From: Gemmatimonadaceae bacterium
GTDB lineage: Bacteria > Gemmatimonadota > Gemmatimonadetes > Gemmatimonadales > Gemmatimonadaceae
Reading direction: 5' to 3'
DNA: 64,000 nucleotides
NCBI GenBank assembly: GCA_035623475.1
Contig: DASPTK010000089.1
Coordinates: forward strand, 19,279 to 83,278
Shown here: positions 39,354-48,087 of the stretch, one piece after another
Layout of the letters: the number at the start of each line of letters is the position of its first letter
Numbering within the stretch: position 1 is the stretch's first letter
Made by a program: the position numbers and the translations under genes
Notes under the pieces: generated by a model
The model's database searches: none
What the model saw: only the letters and a program-made list of their open reading frames with translations
What the model was told of the DNA's origin: nothing

Positions 39354-39986
39354 ATGTCTGAGCTGCTCACCCTCACCGATCGCGAGCGCGACGCTCTGCG
39401 CGAGACCGCGAATATCGGCGCCGGCCACGCCGCCACCGCTCTCTCGCAGATGACCGGCCGGAAGATCATGATCACCGTCCCGACGGTGACGATTGCGTCG
39501 TTGGAGGACGTTCCGTCTCGCATCGAGGAGAACGAGGAGCCGATCGCGGCCGTCCTCATGCACATCATGGGCGACCTCACCGGGAGAACGCTGCTGGTCT
39601 TCCCGCGCCACACCGCGCTCTCTCTCGCCCACCTGATGCTCCGACGCCCCCAGAACCCGGCCGCCTCTTTCGGCGAGTTGGAGCAGTCGGCCATCAAGGA
39701 GGCCGGCAACATCCTGAGCGGCGCCTACATGAACGCGCTCAGCGACTTCATGCGTCTGCTTCTGCTCCCCTCGCCGCCGAGCCTCGCCATCGACATGTCG
39801 ACGGCGGTGCTCAACACCGCGTACCTGCAGTTCGGCACCGAGCGGGACATGGTCTTCGCCGTGGAGACGCAGTTCTACTTCGAGGGCCCCGATCTGGATG
39901 ACCCGACCCAGCTCCGGGGCTTCTTCCTCCTCCTCCCCGACGTGGCCTCGCTGCAGGTGATCCTGCGCGCGGTCCGCGTCGCCTGA
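39354..39986 (+). CDS. cheC: CheC-family CheY-P phosphatase
   Basis: Both CheC active-site motifs [D/S]xxxExxN-x22-P are intact: DALRETAN..(22)..P and SAIKEAGN..(22)..P. Confidence 0.85.
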   Translation: MSELLTLTDRERDALRETANIGAGHAATALSQMTGRKIMITVPTVTIASLEDVPSRIEENEEPIAAVLMHIMGDLTGRTLLVFPRHTALSLAHLMLRRPQNPAASFGELEQSAIKEAGNILSGAYMNALSDFMRLLLLPSPPSLAIDMSTAVLNTAYLQFGTERDMVFAVETQFYFEGPDLDDPTQLRGFFLLLPDVASLQVILRAVRVA

Positions 39987-39988
39987 CG

Positions 39989-42700
39989 ATGGCTCCGGCA
40001 CTCGCCTCCGAACGCGATCGCGACATCCTGCGGTCGTTCGCGCGTCGGATCGATCCCTCCGACGCCGGGGCGCACAACAACCTCGGTGTCCTCTACTACC
40101 AGAAGGGGATGTACGAGGAGGCGGTCGGCTCGTTCACCAAGGCGCTCGAGCTCGATCCGAAGATGCAGGTGGCGCAGCGCAACCTGGAGATCGCGTACTT
40201 CAACACCGGCTACTACGACCGGCGCGTCTCCGAGCTACGCGAGCGGCTGCGCACCCATCCCGACGATCGCGATGCTCGTTGGGAGCTCGGTCGTGCCTAC
40301 GCGTCGCTCGGCGACGTGACCGAAGCGGTGACGGAGTTCACCGCGCTCCTCGAGTACTACCCCGACGACATCGGCGCCCTCGTCCAGCTGGGGCTCGCCG
40401 AGAAGTCGAGCGGCGATCTCGCCAAGGCGCAGTGCTGGTTCGACCGGGCGCTCGCGCTCGATGCGGACAGCCCGCTCATCAACTACTACTTGGGCGAGGT
40501 CCTCTACAACCGGGGGCTCAACGAGGATGCCCTCACCCGACTGCGCCGGTCGATCGAGCTGAGCCCGGACAACCCGGACGCGCACTACCTGGTGGGATTC
40601 GTGCTCGGCGACATGGGGCGTCACGACGAAGCCCGCGCCGCCACCAAGCGCGCGATCGAGCTCAATCCCTCGCTCTCACGGGCGCAGGCGAACCTCTCGC
40701 TCGACCACTATAGCTCGGCCAAGTACGGAGAGCTGGTGCCGGAACGCTCCGAGCGGCGCACGGCGCAGCTCGAGGTGGCCGACGGCCACCTGGCGCACTT
40801 CAATCTGGGGCTCGCCTTCCGCCAGAAGGGCTACTACGCCGAGGCCCTCAAGGAGTATCGGCTGGCGTTGGAGCGCAACGAGGACCGCGCCCTCGTGCTC
40901 CAGGCGATGGCCGAAGTGCACCTCCTGAAGCGGGACGCGACGGCGGCGGTGGAGCTCTACGACAAGATCCTCGGCGAGGAGCCGGTGAGCCCGAAGCTCT
41001 GGTGCGAGCGGGGCGTCGCGCTCCACCAGAACGGCAATCATGCCGAGGCGGCGGCGTCGTATCGGCGAGCGCTCGCCATCGACGCCACCTACGCGATCGC
41101 CCACAACAACCTCGGCGTGGCCCTCTTCCATGGCGGCGACAGCGACGGTGCTGTGGACTCGTTCCGGGCCGCGCTCGCGGCCCAGCCAGCCTTCGTGAAG
41201 GCGTGGCTCAACCTCGCGCTCCTCCTCTACAAGGGGAAGCGCCTCCAGTTGAGCCTCGATTCGTACCGCCAGGTGCTGACCGTGGAGCCGGAGCAGCCCG
41301 AGGCCTGGAACGGCATCGGCTTGGTGCTGGCCGAGCTGAAGAAGTTCGAGGATGCGCGCAACGCCTTCAGCCGGGCGATCCATGCGCGACCGGCGTTCGC
41401 CGAGGCGCACTACAACCTCGGCTTCACCCTCTCGAACCTCGGCGACTTCGACGGTGCACTCCGCGCGACCAAGCGCGCCCTCGAGCTCGACCCGTACTAC
41501 GTGGCGCAGAAGTTCGAGCTGGCGCTCGACCTCGAGTACGAGCACCCGGATCTCTCGATCGCCCCCGATCTCGGCGGCGCGCAGCGCACCGACGGCGGCA
41601 TCGATGCCTTCGCCTTCGATCCGCACCGCCTCGAATCGCTCTTCAGCGAGCTGGCGCCAGCGCCGACGCCCGCCGAGGAGGACGAGGAGGAGACGCCGAT
41701 CGAAAGCCCCTACACGATGGCGCTCGACTATCTGGCGAAGGGGATGCTCGACCGGGCGGCGGCCGAAGCGAATCGCGTCCTCGGTCGCGGCGGTGACAGC
41801 GCCGATGGACTCACCATTCTGGGCGACGTCTACTTCCGCCAGGGCGTCTTCGGTGAGGCGTTGGAGCGCTATCGCGCGGCCCGCAGCGCGAACGGCGTTG
41901 CGCCGCGGGCGCTGGCCGGCGAGGCCCGCGCGCTGTTGGCGCTCGGACGTTCCGATGAAGCCCGCGCGGTGGCCGAGTCGCTGCTCAAGGTCGACGACGC
42001 GAATGTCGAGTCGCTCCTCCTGGTCGCGAGTGCGCGGGCGCAGGCACGCGATCCGGCCGCGGCACGCGAGCTGTTGGCTGAGGCGCGCCGGCTCGCCCCG
42101 GCACGCGCTGACGTCATGAAGCAGCTCGGCGACGTCGCCCGCGCCGCCGGTGACCCGGATGGCGCGATTACCGCCTATCGGAACGCGCTCGATCTCGATC
42201 GCGACTTCGCACTCGTCCACTACGAGCTGGCCGGGCTCCTCGCGGCGCGAGGCGCCGGCGACGAGGCCGAGCGATCGCTGCTCTCGGCGCTCGATGCCGT
42301 TCCGACTTACGTCGAGGCGACTCTCGCGCTGGCCGCGCTCCGCCGGCGCCTCGGACGCGCCCGCGATGCGGTGCCGCCCCTCGCCGACCTGCTCCGACGC
42401 GACCCGAGCAACATCGACGCGCTCCTGCTACTGGCGCAGATCCTCGTCGAGCAGACGCGCCCTGCCGATGCCGCGGTCGCCATCGATCGCATTCTGCGCT
42501 TCGACCCGCGTCACGCCGGTGCCCTCTTCTTCCAGGGCATGCTCTTCGCCGACCAGCATCGCTATCGCGACGCGATCGGGCGCTGGCAGCGGGTCGTCGA
42601 GATCGCGCCGGACAGTGAGTGGGCGCAGCGCGCGCGCCGCGAGGCCCGCACCGCCGCCGATCTCCTGCGCATCTTTCGAAGCCGACAGGAGGCGCACTGA
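39989..42700 (+). CDS. large tetratricopeptide-repeat protein (903 aa)
   Basis: About 20 TPR-like 34-mers run through the protein (AHNNLGVLYYQKGMYEEAVGSFTKALELDP, AHYNLGFTLSNLGDFDGALRATKRALELDP etc.). No TM, HAMP or MCP signalling motif. Confidence 0.85.
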   Translation: MAPALASERDRDILRSFARRIDPSDAGAHNNLGVLYYQKGMYEEAVGSFTKALELDPKMQVAQRNLEIAYFNTGYYDRRVSELRERLRTHPDDRDARWELGRAYASLGDVTEAVTEFTALLEYYPDDIGALVQLGLAEKSSGDLAKAQCWFDRALALDADSPLINYYLGEVLYNRGLNEDALTRLRRSIELSPDNPDAHYLVGFVLGDMGRHDEARAATKRAIELNPSLSRAQANLSLDHYSSAKYGELVPERSERRTAQLEVADGHLAHFNLGLAFRQKGYYAEALKEYRLALERNEDRALVLQAMAEVHLLKRDATAAVELYDKILGEEPVSPKLWCERGVALHQNGNHAEAAASYRRALAIDATYAIAHNNLGVALFHGGDSDGAVDSFRAALAAQPAFVKAWLNLALLLYKGKRLQLSLDSYRQVLTVEPEQPEAWNGIGLVLAELKKFEDARNAFSRAIHARPAFAEAHYNLGFTLSNLGDFDGALRATKRALELDPYYVAQKFELALDLEYEHPDLSIAPDLGGAQRTDGGIDAFAFDPHRLESLFSELAPAPTPAEEDEEETPIESPYTMALDYLAKGMLDRAAAEANRVLGRGGDSADGLTILGDVYFRQGVFGEALERYRAARSANGVAPRALAGEARALLALGRSDEARAVAESLLKVDDANVESLLLVASARAQARDPAAARELLAEARRLAPARADVMKQLGDVARAAGDPDGAITAYRNALDLDRDFALVHYELAGLLAARGAGDEAERSLLSALDAVPTYVEATLALAALRRRLGRARDAVPPLADLLRRDPSNIDALLLLAQILVEQTRPADAAVAIDRILRFDPRHAGALFFQGMLFADQHRYRDAIGRWQRVVEIAPDSEWAQRARREARTAADLLRIFRSRQEAH

Positions 42701-43854
42701 TGGCGATCGAAGGACCGCTTCGCGAGCTCGGGATCCACGATGTCTTCCAGTTGCTCGATCTCAGCCGGAAGACCGGCATCCTGTCCATCACCTCACCCCT
42801 GCGCGACAACCAGGGGGCGGTCTTCTTCGAGCGTGGAGCGGTGGTCTTCGCCGCCATCCGCACGAATCCGCACCCACTCGGCGAGCTCCTCCTTCGCGCT
42901 GGCAAGATCACCGAGAGCGACCTTGCCCGGGCGCGCGACGCGCAGGCCCGCGGCGACGGTTCGAAGCGCCTCGGGGATCTGCTGGTGGAGGCCGGCGCGA
43001 TCTCCCGCAAGGAGCTGGAGCGCCAGGTCAGATTTCAGGTGGAAGAGGTGATCTTCGAGCTGATGTCGTGGCGAGAGGGATTCTTCTCCTTCGAGGAGCG
43101 CGCCGAGGTGGACGCTCCGGCGGAGGCCAACATCCGCATCTCCACGGAGTCGCTGCTGATGGAGGCCGCCCGCCGGATCGACGAGTGGTCGCGCATCGAA
43201 GCCAAGGTGCCGAACCTCGACGTCGTCGCCGTGCTCGCCGATGTCGGCGACGATCATCCGGGATTCCTCGAGCTGCTCCCGCGCGAATGGGAGGTACTCT
43301 CGGAGATCGATGGAGAGAGGAACCTGCGCGCGATCGCGCGGGCGATCGCCCACAGCGACTTCGACGTCGCGCGGGTGATCTACGGCTTGATCACCACCGG
43401 GATCGTCGCCCTCAAGACGGAGAGGCCTCTCGAGCCGGAGGCGGCACCTACCCCGACACCGGAGCCCGACGCGCCGGTGCTCGAGCCGGCACGTGAGGCC
43501 CTTCGCTCGGGCGACGCCGAGGGTGCTCTCGCGGCGGCGAACGCGGTGTTGACGGCCGACGTGGCGTCGGTGGAGGCGCGCCTGGTGGTCTCGCGCGCTC
43601 TGATGAAGCTGGGCCGGCCGATCGACGCCGCCGAAGCGCTCCGCGCGGCGCTCAACGGCGACGCGCTCAACCCGTCGCTTCATCGCGAGCTCGGATTCTG
43701 CGCGGCCTGGCGCGGCGACCTGCTCGCGGCCCTCGGAAGTTGGGAACGCTACCTCCGCATGCAGCCGGCGGCAGCGGACGCGTCGCACGTTCGGGCCGTC
43801 GCCGACGCCGCGTCTCGCTTGCGTGATCTCTTGCAGGAGCACCTGGATGTCTGA
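42700..43854 (+). CDS. PATAN/DUF4388 domain protein with C-terminal TPR-like region (384 aa)
   Basis: ATG 42700 shares 1 nt with the upstream TGA. N-terminus MAIEGPLRELGIHDVFQLLDLSRKTGILSITS...GAVFFERGAVVFA is the DUF4388 hallmark. Next is a helical insert LGELLLRAGKITESDLARA..RLGDLLVEAGAISRKELE. The C-terminus is TPR-like. Confidence 0.8.
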   Translation: MAIEGPLRELGIHDVFQLLDLSRKTGILSITSPLRDNQGAVFFERGAVVFAAIRTNPHPLGELLLRAGKITESDLARARDAQARGDGSKRLGDLLVEAGAISRKELERQVRFQVEEVIFELMSWREGFFSFEERAEVDAPAEANIRISTESLLMEAARRIDEWSRIEAKVPNLDVVAVLADVGDDHPGFLELLPREWEVLSEIDGERNLRAIARAIAHSDFDVARVIYGLITTGIVALKTERPLEPEAAPTPTPEPDAPVLEPAREALRSGDAEGALAAANAVLTADVASVEARLVVSRALMKLGRPIDAAEALRAALNGDALNPSLHRELGFCAAWRGDLLAALGSWERYLRMQPAAADASHVRAVADAASRLRDLLQEHLDV

Positions 43855-44692
43855 CCCGATCCGCCGTCTGAGCGAAGAGCTGGCGCGCGACCCGTCGAGC
43901 CTGGTGTTCCTGCAGCTCGGCGAGGCGCTGCGGCGTTCCGGCCAACTCGATCTCGCCTACAAGGTGGCTGTCCGCGGCCTGGAGCGGCACGCGCACAACG
44001 CCGACGCCCACGATCTCCTCGCCCGCATCTACGTCGATCGCGACGAGCTCCAGTCGGCCTTCGACGAATGGGACATGGTGCTGCGGCTCGCCCCGGCTCA
44101 CGTCGGCGCGCGCAAGGGGATGGGATACATCCTCTTCAAGCAAGGAAAGCTCGGCGCTGCCGAGGAGCAGCTCTCGACGGCGGCGTCGCAGGACAATGGC
44201 GATCCGTCGATCACCACGGCGCTCCGCATGGTGCGGCGCCTCCTCCGCTACGCGCCGAACCGCGACAACGGGGCGACGGCGCTCGGTCCGGCGGAGCTGG
44301 CAGCGGCGCAGCTCCGGGTCGAGGAGGAGGCCCGCCTCCTCTTCGCCGACATTCTCCGCGACGGCGAGCACACGGCGATGCTCCTCAACACCGACGGGAT
44401 GGTCACCGCCGGCGTCTACCTGACCAGCGATGGGCGGGATGTGGCCCAGGAGGTCGGCGCCCAGCTGAGCGGGGTGCGCGACGAGGCCGCGCGCGTCGTC
44501 AGGCATCTCGACCTCGGCGCGTGGAAGGCGATCGTCTACGAGACCGATGTCGCCACCGTCGCCCTCGGCCCGGCGCTCGACGACTCGCTGGTGCTGGTCG
44601 CGGCGGCTCGGAGCATCCCGCTCGGCTTCGTGCGCCGGGTGCTCGAGCGCTGTGTGCAGCGCGCCACCGCCTGGCTCGGGGAGGTCGGATGA
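43847..44692 (+). CDS. TPR + Roadblock/LC7 (MglB-like) fusion protein (281 aa)
   Basis: N-terminal TPRs (LVFLQLGEALRRSGQLDLAYKVAVRGLERHAHNADAHDLLARIYV..). The C-terminus LLFADILRDGEHTAMLLNTDGMVTAGVYL...VALGPALDDSLVLVAAARSIPLGFVRRVLE fits the Roadblock/LC7 pattern. Confidence 0.75.
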   Translation: MSDPIRRLSEELARDPSSLVFLQLGEALRRSGQLDLAYKVAVRGLERHAHNADAHDLLARIYVDRDELQSAFDEWDMVLRLAPAHVGARKGMGYILFKQGKLGAAEEQLSTAASQDNGDPSITTALRMVRRLLRYAPNRDNGATALGPAELAAAQLRVEEEARLLFADILRDGEHTAMLLNTDGMVTAGVYLTSDGRDVAQEVGAQLSGVRDEAARVVRHLDLGAWKAIVYETDVATVALGPALDDSLVLVAAARSIPLGFVRRVLERCVQRATAWLGEVG

Positions 44693-45036
44693 CATCGCCC
44701 TTCGAGGAGCTCCTCGCCTCGCTCATCCGCCACCGCGGCGTCCTCGGATGCATGGTGGTCGGCGAGAGCGATGGAATCATCGTCGATGCCAACGTCCAGG
44801 TAGGCATCCAGGCGAACCTGGTCGCCGCCCTGGCGGCCGCCCTTTATCGCAAGGCGAGGCTCAGTTCGGAGGCCGCCGGGTTGACCTCGGTGAACTTCCT
44901 CCAGCTCGAGGCGGAGCGGGGGCAGATCTGCGCGGCGGGGCGCGACGGCCTCGTGATCGTGACGGTGGCCGAGCCACGGGCGCAGATCGGGCTCATCCGC
45001 GGTGCGATGCTGCAGTCGGTGGAGGCGCTGGCGTGA
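44689..45036 (+). CDS. Roadblock/LC7 domain protein (115 aa, MglC-sized)
   Basis: ATGA overlap upstream. LIRHRGVLGCMVVGESDGIIVDANV..LVAALAAALYRKA..LQLEAERGQICAAGRDGLVIVTVAEPRAQIGLIRGAM is a canonical Roadblock fold pattern. Confidence 0.8.
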   Translation: MTSPFEELLASLIRHRGVLGCMVVGESDGIIVDANVQVGIQANLVAALAAALYRKARLSSEAAGLTSVNFLQLEAERGQICAAGRDGLVIVTVAEPRAQIGLIRGAMLQSVEALA

Positions 45037-45545
45037 GGACGCGCGTCGCCGAGCCGTGGGTCGAGCTTCCGCTCGAGCGCTTCGTGGACGATGCGCGCGT
45101 GCTCTTCGCTCTCCTCTTGCACCCGAGCGGCCAGGTCATGGGGCAATTCGGCTTCACGCGGGCGGTGGACGTGATGGCGGCGTGCGCCCTCGCTGCGGCC
45201 ATCCACGCCTCGGCTGGCCAGCTCGGCCGCGAGCTCGATGGGCACCCCTTCCGCGAGCTGTACCACGCCGGCCGCGAGCGCCAGATCTTCATCGGCGCGG
45301 TGAAATCGACGCGTGAGCCGTTGATCTTTCTCACCGCCTTCGCGGGAGAGAGCTCGCTGGGGCTCGTGCGGATCTACTTCGAGGAGCTCTGCGGCCGCCT
45401 CGGAGAATCCGAGCCGGCGCTCGAGACGCGGCCCGATGGTCTTCCCGTGGAGCTCGAGCGCGATCTGCATCGCAACCTGGCCATCCTCTTCGGTCGCGCC
45501 CTGCCGCAGTCGGGCGCCTCCGGTCCCGACACTCCCACCGCCTGA
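45033..45545 (+). CDS. mglB: MglB-like Roadblock/LC7 GTPase-activating protein (170 aa)
   Basis: GTGA overlap upstream, directly before mglA. YHAGRERQIFIGAVK...ESSLGLVRIYFEELCGRL parallels Myxococcus MglB FHEGAKDSLYMTIVG...TSLGLVRLRIKKASDEL (from memory). It has a C-terminal extension as in MglB. Confidence 0.75.
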   Translation: MRTRVAEPWVELPLERFVDDARVLFALLLHPSGQVMGQFGFTRAVDVMAACALAAAIHASAGQLGRELDGHPFRELYHAGRERQIFIGAVKSTREPLIFLTAFAGESSLGLVRIYFEELCGRLGESEPALETRPDGLPVELERDLHRNLAILFGRALPQSGASGPDTPTA

Positions 45546-45551
45546 GCGTCC

Positions 45552-46160
45552 GTGTCTCTCGTCAACTACACGACTCGCGAGATCACCTGCAAGATCGTCT
45601 ATTACGGCCCCGGGCGATCGGGGAAGACGACGAACCTGCATTACATTTACGAGCAGGTGCCGGGCGATCGAAAAGGGCGGATGGTGTCGTTGGCGACGCA
45701 GACCGACCGCACGCTGTTCTTCGATTTTCTGCCGCTCGACCTCGGCTCCATCTCCGGCTTTTCGACGCGCTTTCAGCTGTACACGGTGCCCGGCCAGGTC
45801 TACTACCAGACCACTCGCAAGCTTGTGCTGCACGGGGCGGATGGAGTGGTGTTCGTGGCCGACAGCCAGTCGCGGCAGCTCGACGAGAACGTGGAGAGCA
45901 TGCAGGACCTTCACGCCAACCTCGCCGACCATGGCATCGATGTGCGCGAAATGCCGCTGGTGATCCAGTACAACAAGCAGGATCTCCCCCGCGACCTGAT
46001 CCTGGCGAAGCCGGACCTCGACGACGCCCTGAACTTCCGGAACGTGCCGGCCTTCGGGGCGGACGCGCTGCACGGTGTGGGGGTCTTCGAGACGCTGCGC
46101 GGGATCTCGGAGCTCGTCCTTCGACGCCTCAGCACACCGACGGGCGTTGGGAGCCGCTAA
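45552..46160 (+). CDS. mglA: Ras-like small GTPase MglA
   Basis: 202 aa, alignable by eye along its whole length with Myxococcus Mgl[22 protein letters not shown] (P-loop), [12 protein letters not shown] (intrinsic Arg), YTVPGQVYY (TxxGQ instead of DxxGQ), [19 protein letters not shown]. Confidence 0.92.
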   Translation: MSLVNYTTREITCKIVYYGPGRSGKTTNLHYIYEQVPGDRKGRMVSLATQTDRTLFFDFLPLDLGSISGFSTRFQLYTVPGQVYYQTTRKLVLHGADGVVFVADSQSRQLDENVESMQDLHANLADHGIDVREMPLVIQYNKQDLPRDLILAKPDLDDALNFRNVPAFGADALHGVGVFETLRGISELVLRRLSTPTGVGSR

Positions 46161-46161
46161 C

Positions 46162-48087
46162 GTGGAGCTGGATCCCCGCTTCCGATTCGAGAACTACATC
46201 GTCGGATCGGCGAACCGGCTGGCGGTGTCGGCGGCTCGGGCCGTGGCCCAGGCGCCGGGGGCGGCCTACAACCCGCTCTTCGTCTACAGCAGCTCGGGAC
46301 TCGGCAAGACGCACCTCATGCTCGCCGTCGGCCACCTGGCGAAGCAGCTGCAGCCGTCGCTCTGCGTCGAATACGCCACTGTCGACGAGCTGGTGGAGGA
46401 GCTCAACACCGCCGTCGTGAGCGGCGCGATCGAGCAGTTCAAGCAGCGGTATGCGGCGGTCGACCTGCTCCTCCTCGACGACGTCCAGTTCCTCGCCGGA
46501 CGCCGCGAGACGCAGAGCGAGATGTTGCGGCTCTTCAACACCCTGCAGCGGAGCGGCAAGCAGATCGTCCTCACCAGCGACCGGCCGCCTAACGAGATCG
46601 CCGACCTCGATGACCGGCTGATCACACGCTTCTCGGGCGGCCTGGTGGTGGATGTCGGAGCTCCCGACTACGAGACGCGGGTCGCCATCCTCCGCACGAA
46701 GTGCGAGGAGCGCGGGGCCCAGTTCGAGGCGGGCGTGCTCGACGAGATGGCGCGCATCGACTTCGCCAACGTGCGTGAGCTGCAGGGAGCGCTCAACCGG
46801 CTGATCGCCTATCAGACGCTCGGCGAAACGAAGGTCACCGTGCGCAACGTCCGCGAGCTCCTCGGCGACAAGGCCGATCGAGGAGACGGCGCCAGCGGCG
46901 CGGCGCGCGGCGAGGAGTTCGCCAGCTTCCTCTCCGATCTGAGTGAGGTCGTCGCCCAACACATCGACACCTGGCGGGTGCGCGTGGTCGAGGCGATGAC
47001 GTATTGGCACCAGCTCGGGTACGCGACGGCGATGCTCGAGCGTACGCTCGAGGGGACCGAGGAGCCGGACGTCGAGGCGCTCCTCTCGCGCTACGAGGCG
47101 GCCATCGCCAGGCTCCGCGCCCTCGAGCAGGAGGCGACGGGAATCAATCCGTCGCTCGCCGCCGCCGAGGTCTTCAAGGATCCGGAGCGTGTGGGGGAAG
47201 CGGAGCTGATCGTCGCCCGAATGATCGGCGGCGCCGAGGCCCCTCCGGGACCGCAGAGCCAGTTCACCCGCGCCGAGTTCGAGGTCGGCCCCTCGAACCA
47301 GCTCGCGGTGCACGCGGCCGACAGCATCGTCGCCGAGCCGGGGAAGAAGTACAACCCACTCTTCGTGCACGGCCCGCCGGGATCCGGAAAGACCCATCTC
47401 CTCAACGCGCTCGGCAACGAGCTGGTCGCGCAGAGCGGTGGGGCGATGACGGTCGCCTGTGTCAACGCCCGCCAGTTCGTGGACGAGCTGATTGCCGCGC
47501 TCCACGACGGCACCATCGAGCGTTGGCGCGCCCGTTATCGCGTGGTCGATGCGCTCATCCTCGATGACGTCGACGTCTGCGCCGGCAAGGAGCGCTCGCA
47601 GGAGGAGCTCTTCCACGTCTTCAACAGCCTCTTCGCCAGCGGGCGCCAGATCGTGCTCGCCAGCCGCCACGCGCCGAAGACCGTGGACCGACTCGAGGAT
47701 CGCCTGCGGTCGCGCTTCGAGGGCGGACTCGTCGTCGAGATCCAGGCCCCCGATCTCTCTCTTCGCGAACGCCTGACGGCGCGCTACCTGAGCCAGGCCG
47801 GCATTCGGCCCGACCGCGCCCTGCTCGACTACATCGCGTCACGCCCCGCCGAGAGCGCGCGTGAGGTGGCGGCGACGGTGGAACGCGTGGTCCAGTCGGC
47901 GCAGGTGGTGGGCGTTCCCCTCAACGCCGTCTTCGCCCGCAAGGAGCTCGAGGGGGGCTCGGCGCAGCCCGCCGCCGACCGCGCGGTCGCCGACGCGCGG
48001 GTGGCCGATCCGTTCTTCCTCGATCGCGAGAAGGTGGTGTGGGACTGGCCTGAGGTCCCGGGCCGGGCCATCGAGGACTTCCGCTGA
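46162..48087 (+). CDS. tandem DnaA/Hda-type AAA+ ATPase (two domain-III modules, no domain I or IV; 641 aa)
   Basis: GTG 46162 lies 1 nt after the mglA stop. Module 1: FENYIVGSANRLA, SGLGKTHL, VDLLLLDDVQFL, IVLTSDRPP, RLITRFSGGLVVDV, NVRELQGALNRL. Module 2: FEVGPSNQLA, GPPGSGKTHL, VDALILDDVDV, IVLASRHAP, RLRSRFEGGLVVEI. There is no DnaA-box-binding HTH region. Confidence 0.8.
   Translation: MELDPRFRFENYIVGSANRLAVSAARAVAQAPGAAYNPLFVYSSSGLGKTHLMLAVGHLAKQLQPSLCVEYATVDELVEELNTAVVSGAIEQFKQRYAAVDLLLLDDVQFLAGRRETQSEMLRLFNTLQRSGKQIVLTSDRPPNEIADLDDRLITRFSGGLVVDVGAPDYETRVAILRTKCEERGAQFEAGVLDEMARIDFANVRELQGALNRLIAYQTLGETKVTVRNVRELLGDKADRGDGASGAARGEEFASFLSDLSEVVAQHIDTWRVRVVEAMTYWHQLGYATAMLERTLEGTEEPDVEALLSRYEAAIARLRALEQEATGINPSLAAAEVFKDPERVGEAELIVARMIGGAEAPPGPQSQFTRAEFEVGPSNQLAVHAADSIVAEPGKKYNPLFVHGPPGSGKTHLLNALGNELVAQSGGAMTVACVNARQFVDELIAALHDGTIERWRARYRVVDALILDDVDVCAGKERSQEELFHVFNSLFASGRQIVLASRHAPKTVDRLEDRLRSRFEGGLVVEIQAPDLSLRERLTARYLSQAGIRPDRALLDYIASRPAESAREVAATVERVVQSAQVVGVPLNAVFARKELEGGSAQPAADRAVADARVADPFFLDREKVVWDWPEVPGRAIEDFR

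Noticed and set aside
39989-42700. The 903-aa protein as a cryptic chemoreceptor
   Set aside because: It has no TM segments, no HAMP domain and no conserved MCP signalling hairpin or methylation helices. The whole length reads as TPR repeats. It is kept only as a scaffold candidate.
46162-48087. Interpreting the DnaA-like gene as the chromosomal replication initiator, and the locus as oriC
   Set aside because: There is no domain IV, no dnaN/recF/gyrB neighbours and no AT-rich intergenic DNA or DnaA-box cluster nearby, because the genes overlap on both sides. The duplicated ATPase module is not the DnaA architecture.
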